In this document: positions 47,696-56,110 of the stretch, piece after piece | How the letters are laid out: each line of letters begins with the position of its first letter | How positions within the stretch are numbered: position 1 is the stretch's first letter | IMG/VR virus record: IMGVR_UViG_3300042349_000626 | DNA length: 64,000 nucleotides | DNA from: a virus | Taxonomy: Duplodnaviria; Heunggongvirae; Uroviricota; Caudoviricetes | Strand: one strand, 5' to 3' | Program-made: the position numbers and the translations under genes | Notes under the pieces: generated by a model | Seen by the model: the letters and a program-made list of their open reading frames with translations, nothing else | Told to the model about the DNA's origin: nothing | Database searches by the model: none

Positions 47696-48448
47696 ATGCC
47701 CCGAGCAAGAAAAAGAAACACCCCTGATATTGCTGGTATGAGCACTAAGCAAATGAAAAGGAAGAAGCCAATTAGTTCTGATTATCTTTTGAATGTAGAA
47801 CCTCTTACAGATAATCAGCGTATTATGTTTGAAGAGTATGGTAAAGGTCAAAACATCTTTGCCTATGGTGCTGCTGGAACTGGTAAAACATTCTTAGCTT
47901 TGTACCTTGCTCTTCGTGATGTTCTGGATGAGCATACTCCATACGAAAAAGTATATGTGGTACGTTCACTAGTCGCCACTAGAGAAATTGGTTTCCTTCC
48001 TGGCACACACGAAGACAAAGCATCACTTTACCAAATTCCATATAAGAATATGGTAAAGTATATGTTTGAAATGCCTAATGATGGAGCGTTTGATATGCTC
48101 TATGAAAATCTAAAGGCACAGGAAACTGTTAGTTTTTGGTCTACCTCATTCCTTCGTGGCACTACGCTTGATAAAGCTATTGTTATCGTGGATGAATGCC
48201 AAAACCTGAACTTCCATGAATTGGATTCTATCATCACTCGTGTTGGTGAAGATACTAAGATCCTATTCTGTGGTGATGCTAGACAATCTGACCTACAACG
48301 TAGTAATGAACGTTCTGGCATTATTGATTTCCAACGTATTCTTCAACAGATGAAGGAGTTCTCTTTAATCGAGTACGGTGTTGATGACATTGTTCGTTCC
48401 GGTCTTATCAAGTCTTATCTAATTGCTAAAATTAATCTAGGTCTCTAA
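47696..48448 (+). CDS. phoH: PhoH-like ATPase
   Basis: GAAGTGKT, REIGFLPG, RGTTL, DECQN, GDARQSD. Confidence 0.95.
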   Translation: MPRARKRNTPDIAGMSTKQMKRKKPISSDYLLNVEPLTDNQRIMFEEYGKGQNIFAYGAAGTGKTFLALYLALRDVLDEHTPYEKVYVVRSLVATREIGFLPGTHEDKASLYQIPYKNMVKYMFEMPNDGAFDMLYENLKAQETVSFWSTSFLRGTTLDKAIVIVDECQNLNFHELDSIITRVGEDTKILFCGDARQSDLQRSNERSGIIDFQRILQQMKEFSLIEYGVDDIVRSGLIKSYLIAKINLGL

Positions 48449-49140
48449 TGAAAATTTTTAATCATGTTGGTCTGATTGAACCAATTGAAATGAATACTGT
48501 TATGATTGAAGGTAGGAGATATTATAATACCCCTACTGGAAATAAACATAAATCAGTAACCACCGTGATTAGTAACAATCCTGAAAAGCAAAAGGGACTT
48601 GCTAGGTGGAGAGAAAGAGTTGGGAAAGAAAAAGCTCAACAAATCTCTAGTCGTGCCGCCACTCGTGGTAATCGTTACCACAAATTAGTAGAGAACTATT
48701 TTAATAATGAACATAATCCAAATCTTTATAAAGAATATCCTTTGGTTTGGATTATGTTCAATTCCTCACGGAAAATTCTGGACAACATAAATAACATATA
48801 CTTACAAGAAGCTGGATTATATTCTGACTTTTTAGGAATCGCCGGTCGTGTAGATTGTATTGCTGAATATAATGGTAAACTTTCTATCATTGACTTTAAG
48901 ACATCGGCAGAAGAAAAGAAAGAAGAGTATCTCTACGATTATTACGTTCAAGAAATAGCATATGCTTGTATGCTTCAAGAACTTTATGATATTAAAGTAG
49001 AACAACTTGTTACTATTATTGCTTGTGAAAGCGGTGATACTCAAGTAGTTATCCAGCCCCCGAGAAAAGAATATTTTATTAAGTTACAACAGTATATCCA
49101 CGAGTACGAACAAAAATATGAAAGAAACATTGGAGGATAA
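48448..49140 (+). CDS. PD-(D/E)XK exonuclease
   Basis: SVTTV, AGRVDCIAEY, IIDFKTS, QEIAY. Confidence 0.88.
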   Translation: MKIFNHVGLIEPIEMNTVMIEGRRYYNTPTGNKHKSVTTVISNNPEKQKGLARWRERVGKEKAQQISSRAATRGNRYHKLVENYFNNEHNPNLYKEYPLVWIMFNSSRKILDNINNIYLQEAGLYSDFLGIAGRVDCIAEYNGKLSIIDFKTSAEEKKEEYLYDYYVQEIAYACMLQELYDIKVEQLVTIIACESGDTQVVIQPPRKEYFIKLQQYIHEYEQKYERNIGG

Positions 49141-49363
49141 ATTTATGACAGCTGCGAGATTTTCGCAGGAAGTGGAAAAGATAGCTCACGAAAACTCAAT
49201 GAATTATATTGATGCTATTGTTCACTATTGTGAAAAAAATGAAATTGAAATTGAATCAGTACCTAAACTGATTTCAAAACCACTTAAAGAAAAACTAAAG
49301 TTTGATGCTCAGAAATTAAACTTTATGAAAAAAACATCGAAAGCAAAACTTATGCTTGTTTAA
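49118..49363 (+). CDS. gp33: Late transcription co-activator
   Basis: YIDAIVHYCE, ISKPLKEKLK. Confidence 0.88.
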   Translation: MKETLEDKFMTAARFSQEVEKIAHENSMNYIDAIVHYCEKNEIEIESVPKLISKPLKEKLKFDAQKLNFMKKTSKAKLMLV

Positions 49364-49365
49364 TT

Positions 49366-49707
49366 ATGGGAAACTTTTTTAAATCTGAAATGGTGAGAGG
49401 GGACCTTCAAGAAATGGCAGAACTTCAACAGTTTTGTATGAGATCGATGGTTGCCTTTGCTGTCTTAAATAAAGAAAAGAAACTTCAATATTTTGAAGTG
49501 ATGGAACAACTGATTGAAAAACAGAAAATTTTTCATGCTAGAATTTGTTTGAGCGATGATCCAGAAGCAATGGAGATGGCGGAAAGTATGAAGCAGGCTG
49601 CTGTAATGCTTGGTGCCACCCCAAATCAAAGCATGGGTTCCATGTTCGATGACCTTCTGGAAAAAGTCCGTGTCATGAAAGAACAACTAGAGGTTCAGGA
49701 GGATTGA
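49366..49707 (+). CDS. Conserved cyanophage protein (DUF1825-like)
   Basis: FFKSEMVRGDLQEM, RICLSDDPEA. Confidence 0.7.
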   Translation: MGNFFKSEMVRGDLQEMAELQQFCMRSMVAFAVLNKEKKLQYFEVMEQLIEKQKIFHARICLSDDPEAMEMAESMKQAAVMLGATPNQSMGSMFDDLLEKVRVMKEQLEVQED

Positions 49708-49732
49708 CGCTACCCTGAACCTGTGCTATGAT
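49704..49732 (+). promoter_or_regulatory. sigma70 promoter for gp32, with its -35 inside a hairpin loop
   Basis: TTGACG, 17 nt, TATGAT; AGGTTCAGG/CCTGAACCT stem 49691-49722. Confidence 0.7.
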
Positions 49733-49786
49733 GTCTAGGTGATACAGCGTCACACAAGCCAAATCCAATTATCCAAGGAAATCCGT

Positions 49787-50668
49787 ATGTCTTTTGCTGA
49801 TCTTAAGCGTAAGTCCCAGAGCAATTTTGAGTTTCTTCAGAAGGAACTTGAAAAGTCCAGCACTCAATCAGGTGCCGACGAGAGGCTCTGGAAGCCCGAA
49901 CTTGACGCTTCTGGTAACGGCTATGCCGTTATTCGTTTTCTGCCTGCTCCTGAAGGGGAGTCAGTGCCGTGGGCTAAACTTTATACTCATGCCTTCAAAG
50001 GCACTGGTGGATGGTTGATTGATAACTGTCCCACAACAAACGGTGATAAGTGTCCCGTTTGTGCTGGCAATACTAAACTGTGGAACAGTGGTCATGAATC
50101 TGATAAAGCAGTTGCTCGTGATCGTAAGCGTAAACTGTCTTACTACAGCAACATCTATGTTGTGAATGATCCTAAGAATCCTGACAACAATGGTAAGGTG
50201 TTCTTGTTTAAGTATGGTAAGAAGATTCATGATAAGATTCTTGCTGCTATGCAACCTGAGTTTCAAGATGAAACTCCTGTGAACGTCTTTGACTTCTGGG
50301 AAGGCGCCAACTTCAAGATTAAAATCAAGACCGTTGGTGGTTACTGGAACTACGATGCTTCTGAGTTTTCTTCGCCAGCAGTGCTCAGTTCTGATGATGA
50401 TGAAATGGAAGCTATCTGGAAACAAGCATATTCGTTGGAAGCATTTGTTGCTCCTAGTGAGTTCAAATCTTATGAAGATCTTGAGACTCGAATGAATAGT
50501 GTTCTTGGTGCTGCTCCTGCTACTCGTCAGGCTCAGCAAGAAGAAGAGCAAGATCCTGCTCCTGTTGCTGCTTCAACTCGGCAACGTGATGTTGATCTTC
50601 CTTCGTTCAAGTCAGACGATGACGATGATGCTCTGAGCTACTTCGCTCGTCTTGCTGAAGAAGATTGA
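49787..50668 (+). CDS. gp32: Single-stranded DNA-binding protein
   Basis: MSFADLKR, GNGYAVIRFLP, CPVC, acidic tail. Confidence 0.96.
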   Translation: MSFADLKRKSQSNFEFLQKELEKSSTQSGADERLWKPELDASGNGYAVIRFLPAPEGESVPWAKLYTHAFKGTGGWLIDNCPTTNGDKCPVCAGNTKLWNSGHESDKAVARDRKRKLSYYSNIYVVNDPKNPDNNGKVFLFKYGKKIHDKILAAMQPEFQDETPVNVFDFWEGANFKIKIKTVGGYWNYDASEFSSPAVLSSDDDEMEAIWKQAYSLEAFVAPSEFKSYEDLETRMNSVLGAAPATRQAQQEEEQDPAPVAASTRQRDVDLPSFKSDDDDDALSYFARLAEED

Positions 50669-50675
50669 TAAAAGT

Positions 50676-50700
50676 AAAGGGGGCTTACGCCCCCTTTTTT
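50676..50700. terminator. Bidirectional terminator between convergent genes
   Basis: AAAGGGGGC-ttac-GCCCCCTTT. Confidence 0.8.
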
Positions 50701-52037
50701 TATATGCCGGTTTTCTTTAATCTATTATTAATAAAATCACTTGACTTGCCATAAAGATTTGTCTTTCTAAAATCAGATAAAAAGGCATCTAAGTATGTTG
50801 GTTTGAGTAAATAAATTTCTCTCTTTTTTTCATTCTGTTCTTCTTCGTATTCAAATACATATACTGGTCTACATATTTGAACCCCATTTATTTCTACTGT
50901 AGTAGTGCCATTAAAATATTTGATTCCATTTCCGGTTTTTCTTTTCCAATTTTCTCCATCGTACTTCCAGTAAACTCCATCAATTAAATACGACGTTGGG
51001 CTTAATTCTACCACTTCATAATCTAATGGAGTGGTTTTTTGGTATGAACCAATAAATTCTATACTACGTATTCCATAATGATCGTTTCCTGGACCACTAC
51101 TATTTGCTTGATATAATCTAAAGTAAGTATTATTTTGCTTGGCTCCTTGAGGTATATTAACCGAGTATAGATTCAATTCATTTCCAGCATTTCCGGCTCC
51201 ATCGTCTGTTGTTGGTACAATAATACCCATATTAATCCAACCAGATGGGTTAGTAGAACCGACTTGATATTGTATTCTTAGTTCTTCTTGACCAGCAATG
51301 TCTGGTGTTTCTCCACCATTAAGATCGTTTCCACGAATTACTAATCCAGTTATTGTATTCAAATTTGTAGCATCAATTGGTTTTAATGTTGCCCATCTTT
51401 CGCCACTTTTAATCTCACCAAATTTTAGATGATTGCCAATACCAAAGCCACCATCATCTCCTGCTCCAGTTCCGTTTGTAGCAATGTATGTACCATTAAA
51501 ATCTAAAATGTTTCCTGGAATTCTTGTATCTATAATTTTAGATATTGGTATTGTTTCTACCGTAGGTTCTGTTTGTGGTAACGTATCGATAACAAATGTC
51601 TCTTCTGAGTTATAAAAATTTTCATCTACAATTGTGCCACCTTTCAATATTACTTGACCAAACATTTGTGTTTGTTCTTTATCATCGATAACTTTATAAT
51701 GTTTTATTGTTGAATAAGGATCGTCGTATGTAGATTCTAAAAATTTTCTTAGGTCATTCTGACTTAATGGTAAATCAAATAATGGATTTATCATATTGTT
51801 TGTCAAAGCAATAACCCAATCAAAGAAAGGATTTCCATATGCTTTTTCTGCTATAGTATCTAAACGCTCTCCTTCTTCTATAGAATACTTTTTAAAGTAT
51901 ACTGCATAAGAAAATACATCTGGGTTAACTTGATATCTTCTGAAGAAATTTTTAGCTACAACAAAATCAGATTCAGAGAATGGATACTGAATTGGTTTTT
52001 TATCGTACTCGATATTAGGAATGAATGAGAAATACAT
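50700..52037 (-). CDS. gp53: Baseplate wedge protein with a large inserted domain
   Basis: YSIEEGERLDTIAEKAYG...DWVIAL...INP; C-terminal FEYE...NEKKREIYLLKP. Confidence 0.88.
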   Translation of the reverse strand: MYFSFIPNIEYDKKPIQYPFSESDFVVAKNFFRRYQVNPDVFSYAVYFKKYSIEEGERLDTIAEKAYGNPFFDWVIALTNNMINPLFDLPLSQNDLRKFLESTYDDPYSTIKHYKVIDDKEQTQMFGQVILKGGTIVDENFYNSEETFVIDTLPQTEPTVETIPISKIIDTRIPGNILDFNGTYIATNGTGAGDDGGFGIGNHLKFGEIKSGERWATLKPIDATNLNTITGLVIRGNDLNGGETPDIAGQEELRIQYQVGSTNPSGWINMGIIVPTTDDGAGNAGNELNLYSVNIPQGAKQNNTYFRLYQANSSGPGNDHYGIRSIEFIGSYQKTTPLDYEVVELSPTSYLIDGVYWKYDGENWKRKTGNGIKYFNGTTTVEINGVQICRPVYVFEYEEEQNEKKREIYLLKPTYLDAFLSDFRKTNLYGKSSDFINNRLKKTGI

Positions 52038-52038
52038 T

Positions 52039-53151
52039 TTAGATACCCTCTCCTGTTTCTGTATCTACTTCGCCAGCAAATACTAACTTTGATTCTAGGA
52101 ATGATATGGTTAATTCTGTTGCCACTGGAGAACCGTCTCCCATTGTGGCGTATGCCCCAGCAGCAGTGTAGTTAATACTTACGTCAGTAATACCACACAA
52201 TTTATATTTTGGTAAGAATGGATGAATGCCAGATCCTTTCATAAAAAGAACTTGACAAAGATCTGGAATCGTTATTAGATTTGCTGTTTCTTGAGAAGCG
52301 CCAAAAATTGCTTGACCTCCAAATTTAGGAAGCATTGCTTTTTTAAATATATTACAAATTTGTTTTATATCTTTAGCTTCTTTTCCTGTCCGAGGAACCA
52401 GTTTAAATTTCAAACTAAAGTTTCTTAGTTTGGGTGCTTCGTAAGCAAGTTCTACGTTAGGGTTTAAGATTGTTCCTGTAACTGTTCCTAAGGCTTGATT
52501 TAAATTAATATTTGCTCCAGCAACAGCATTTATTCCAGAAATAAGAGCATTAAACGTAGCTGCTTTTACCCCACCCATAGCTGAGCTAGTTCCTGCTTGA
52601 ACTAAAGCACTCCAATCTTTTTGGTTATTGATAGATCCAGCAACTCCAAGCATACCAGCAGCCGCTGCTCCAAACCCAGCTCCATTCCATCCAGCCCCAA
52701 ATTGAGTTTGAATATCTTCTGGCATATAAAGAATAACTGATTTTAAACCAGAAGGATTTTTATATGATCTATCACTGGAATCTTGGTAGTTAGAATATCC
52801 CCATGGGTTACTGGGAGATTTTGATGCTGAATTTGCATCTGCTCTATTTGGAGTATCTCTTCCTCCTCCAAAAGGTGGAGCGTAGCTATAAAAACTAAAC
52901 AATACATAATCACTATCTGCTTCGATTGCCGCTGGGTCAGAAGGATATCTTACAGAACTGCTTCGATTATTTGGTAGTTGTATGTTTAATTTAATTGGTT
53001 CTTCTTTTGTTGGGTTGCTGCCTCCTCCCGATTTATTAGCAGGATTGTTTTCACTTTTTGCCCACACTGCTTCCGGCACATACTTAGTACCATCCCAAAA
53101 TCCAGGAACTGTGCCAGCGGCGTTTTCTTTTTTTTCTCCTAACTGTGGCAT
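52039..53151 (-). CDS. gp48: Baseplate tail tube cap
   Basis: VILYMPEDI, ILNPNVELAYEAPKLRNF, ELTISFLE. Confidence 0.85.
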   Translation of the reverse strand: MPQLGEKKENAAGTVPGFWDGTKYVPEAVWAKSENNPANKSGGGSNPTKEEPIKLNIQLPNNRSSSVRYPSDPAAIEADSDYVLFSFYSYAPPFGGGRDTPNRADANSASKSPSNPWGYSNYQDSSDRSYKNPSGLKSVILYMPEDIQTQFGAGWNGAGFGAAAAGMLGVAGSINNQKDWSALVQAGTSSAMGGVKAATFNALISGINAVAGANINLNQALGTVTGTILNPNVELAYEAPKLRNFSLKFKLVPRTGKEAKDIKQICNIFKKAMLPKFGGQAIFGASQETANLITIPDLCQVLFMKGSGIHPFLPKYKLCGITDVSINYTAAGAYATMGDGSPVATELTISFLESKLVFAGEVDTETGEGI

Positions 53152-54014
53152 TACTTGACCCTCTCTATGTCTTTCCTGTTAGTTCCTTTTATGATCCTTG
53201 TGCCTTTGATACGATCATTCCAGTGTTGGTTAATCTCTTCCCAAACATATTCTTTTGGGTATTCAATTTTTCCATCACCTTTCATTAGCACGAAATCTTC
53301 TACAGGAAGAGCAGAAGCAGACACCCATTCTTCTTTCGCTAAATCTAAGAACAAACTTTTACATCTTTTATAAAGATATTTATGAATGATTACTTTGGGA
53401 ATATCTATCTGACCTTTCTCCAATTTATTCACAACGATTAATCTTTTCTTTGGTTCTAGATAATGTAAATTAGCTCCCCAAAATTCTCCACCAGATACTT
53501 TCATTACATATAATAAAGGATACTTATCATAGTACGGAAGGTCTGGTGTTTCTGCTTTATATTCGAAAAAACATAAGTGACCAGGAAATAATTTACGACG
53601 ATTTACATTCTGATCTTGGTTAACCAACGCTCCAATTGAATCAAATTTTTCCTGCTCATTCATACGAGAGGGCTCTGTTTGAACACTAGCACTTAACGTT
53701 TTAAGTTTTGCTTTGTACCATAGTAAATTTTTTGCTTCTCCCTCAGTTTCTTCTTTTATTTTTTCAAATATCGTTAATCGCCTTTGTTTTTTTCCTGCTT
53801 GTTTAAATCCCTCAGTTTCACTTACCGCTTGTGCTAACTCATTCATATCTTTGTATGAAGAGTAACGTTTTATGCCATACTTAGAAGCAAGAGCACGTAT
53901 TTGATCACGAGTGTAATTACTTAATGATGGTAACTCATGACCGCTCAAATAAGACCATCTATCAATAGCATCTTTAGCATATGATTTTGGCTTTAAATTA
54001 TTCTTAGCTGCCAT
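53151..54014 (-). CDS. gp2: DNA end protector protein with an N-terminal extension
   Basis: FFEYKAE...LPYYDKYPL, GANLHYL. Confidence 0.8.
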   Translation of the reverse strand: MAAKNNLKPKSYAKDAIDRWSYLSGHELPSLSNYTRDQIRALASKYGIKRYSSYKDMNELAQAVSETEGFKQAGKKQRRLTIFEKIKEETEGEAKNLLWYKAKLKTLSASVQTEPSRMNEQEKFDSIGALVNQDQNVNRRKLFPGHLCFFEYKAETPDLPYYDKYPLLYVMKVSGGEFWGANLHYLEPKKRLIVVNKLEKGQIDIPKVIIHKYLYKRCKSLFLDLAKEEWVSASALPVEDFVLMKGDGKIEYPKEYVWEEINQHWNDRIKGTRIIKGTNRKDIERVK

Positions 54015-54015
54015 G

Positions 54016-54453
54016 TTATACTCCTAGATGATCTTCTGTGAGAATTAAAAACTTCATCTGTCTATCTTCACAGAAGTCTTCTGCTGCTGCCCACTTGGCA
54101 CGGTTCTTCATGTAGGTTAGGACTTCTCTTTTCCAAGCAGCAGTTTTTCTTTTTGGTTTCTCGACTGGACCAGCAACTTGTTTTTTTGGTTTAACTTCAA
54201 TCAAATACTTATTAATATTTCCTTCTTTATTTTTAACTTTGATGTAGAAGTCTGGAAAGTATCTATGAACTCTACCATCAGTAGGACAACGATAGGGAAT
54301 AATTACTTCTTCACTTCCCCACTCTACAATACTATCGTTGCCATCACAAAACACCATAAACTTCCGCTCCCACATAGAACGGTAGATAATTCTTGTAGGG
54401 TTTCCTCTATATTTTTTTGGATTCTTTGGTTTGTAGATTCCAGAATAAGCCAT
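54016..54453 (-). CDS. gp4: Head completion nuclease
   Basis: MAYSGIYKPKNPKKYRG, YRSMWE, HRYFPDF, EVKP. Confidence 0.92.
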   Translation of the reverse strand: MAYSGIYKPKNPKKYRGNPTRIIYRSMWERKFMVFCDGNDSIVEWGSEEVIIPYRCPTDGRVHRYFPDFYIKVKNKEGNINKYLIEVKPKKQVAGPVEKPKRKTAAWKREVLTYMKNRAKWAAAEDFCEDRQMKFLILTEDHLGV

Positions 54454-54482
54454 AAATAAATATATCCCTCCGACTATATTTA
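54453..54482. promoter_or_regulatory. Divergent pair of late promoters
   Basis: TAAATA on + at 54453-54458 and on - at 54477-54482. Confidence 0.55.
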
Positions 54483-54484
54483 GA

Positions 54485-55192
54485 GTGGCAAAAGGATCAA
54501 TAGACAACTTCATATCAGCCATAGCTAAGAATGGCGGCATGGCAATGTCGAATGGCTATGATGTTGAATTTGATTTTCGTGGAAAAGTTGATCTAGAAAA
54601 ATATATAAAAACTATTGGAGTAGATTTGCCTGCTAAAAGTGATAGTGGGGAAGCCGGAGCATTAATTAATTTGTTTTGTGACGAAGCACAACTACCGAAT
54701 ATTTCCGCTGCTACTGGGCAAATTACTGGAAGGTATTTGGGAGAAGGTACTATCAATTATCCTCATACTAGAATAGTAAGTGACTTCAATCTTTCGTGGA
54801 TGTGTGATGCTAACATGATCCCATTTAAATTTTTAAACGCTTGGCACGAGTATATTTTTGGGCAAGATAAAATTGAAAATCGAGTTGGAACCGATAGATT
54901 TTTGAGAGATGCTAAAGCAAATGACGCCAAAACAAAACTAATTAACAGAACAAATCGCCTTAGATATCCTGATCAATATCAAACTACGTTAAGAATATCA
55001 AAAGCAGAACGAGGAGCTAATGCTCCAAATGAAAGAGTTTCTTTAGTTTGTGTGCTTGAAAATGTATATCCATATTCCATAGATGCTGTTCCTATGTCTT
55101 ATGGATCATCACAAATAACAAGAGTGAGTGCTAGCTTTTATTATACTCGCCACACATATTACAACTACGACATCCGTAATTATAGAGGATAA
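54485..55192 (+). CDS. Tail tube initiator / tube-fold protein (gp54-like), GTG start
   Basis: CDEAQLP, YPYSIDAVPMSYG, VSASFYY. Confidence 0.65.
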   Translation: MAKGSIDNFISAIAKNGGMAMSNGYDVEFDFRGKVDLEKYIKTIGVDLPAKSDSGEAGALINLFCDEAQLPNISAATGQITGRYLGEGTINYPHTRIVSDFNLSWMCDANMIPFKFLNAWHEYIFGQDKIENRVGTDRFLRDAKANDAKTKLINRTNRLRYPDQYQTTLRISKAERGANAPNERVSLVCVLENVYPYSIDAVPMSYGSSQITRVSASFYYTRHTYYNYDIRNYRG

Positions 55193-55220
55193 ATAATTAC
55201 ACGAATTGAAATAAAGTTTT

Positions 55221-55934
55221 ATGGCATTACCAAAAATTGGAATTCCTACTTACGAATTAGAGTTGCCATCCACAGGCAAAACAATTAAGTACAGACCTTT
55301 TGTAGTGAAGGAAGAAAAGGTTTTACTACTGGCATTAGAATCTGAAGATGAAAAAGAGATTAAAAATGCCGTCAAAGATCTGATTAAAAATTGTGTTCAA
55401 ACTAGGATTAAAGTTGATGACTTGCCTAGCTTTGATTTGGAATATATCTTTTTACGAATTCGTGCTGCTTCGGTTGGAGAAGAAATTAGTATGATTGTCA
55501 CTTGTCAAGATGACAATAAGACTCAAGTTGAAGTAACCATTAATTTGAATGAAGTTAATGTGTTTAAACCTGAAGGACACACTAATAAAATTATGCTTGA
55601 TGATATCACAGGCATTGTTTTGAATTATCCTGGCATGGATAGATTTATTGATTCTGAATTTTTGAATAAAGATATTAAAACTGATGAAGTAATTAATTTT
55701 ATTGCTGATTCGGTTGATCAAATTTTTAACAGTGAAGAGGTGTGGGATTCTTCTACAACTTCTAAAAAAGAAATGAGAGAGTTTATAGAAGGTCTTACTG
55801 CTAAACAATTTGAACCATTACAAAAATTCTATGAAACTATGCCTAGGCTAATTCATAAATTCAAAGTAATTAATCCAAACACTGGCGAAGAATCCGAATA
55901 TACAATTGAGGGACTACAGAATTTTTTCGTATAG
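55221..55934 (+). CDS. gp26: Baseplate hub assembly protein / putative tail assembly chaperone
   Basis: YRPFVVKEEK, DLEYIFLRIRAASVGE, ends GLQNFFV. Confidence 0.9.
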   Translation: MALPKIGIPTYELELPSTGKTIKYRPFVVKEEKVLLLALESEDEKEIKNAVKDLIKNCVQTRIKVDDLPSFDLEYIFLRIRAASVGEEISMIVTCQDDNKTQVEVTINLNEVNVFKPEGHTNKIMLDDITGIVLNYPGMDRFIDSEFLNKDIKTDEVINFIADSVDQIFNSEEVWDSSTTSKKEMREFIEGLTAKQFEPLQKFYETMPRLIHKFKVINPNTGEESEYTIEGLQNFFV

Positions 55935-56110
55935 CACTCTTCCAGAATAGCCTGGAGGGGTACTTTAGAACTAATTTTGCTTTGATTCAGTATCATAAAT
56001 ACTCTTTAGCAGAAGTAGAAAATCTTATTCCTTGGGAAAGAGAAGTGTATACATCTTTGTTAATTCAACATCTTAAGGAAGAGGAAGCAAAGAGAGCAGC
56101 TAATCAATGA
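55922..56110 (+). CDS. gp51: gp51-like C-terminal module with no ATG; probably made as a -1 frameshift fusion to gp26
   Basis: -1 frame reads RIALFQNSLEGYFRTNFALIQYHKYSLAEVENLIPWEREVYTSLLIQHLKEEE; ends with an ATGA overlap into the next gene. Confidence 0.8.
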   Translation, partial: FFRIALFQNSLEGYFRTNFALIQYHKYSLAEVENLIPWEREVYTSLLIQHLKEEEAKRAANQ

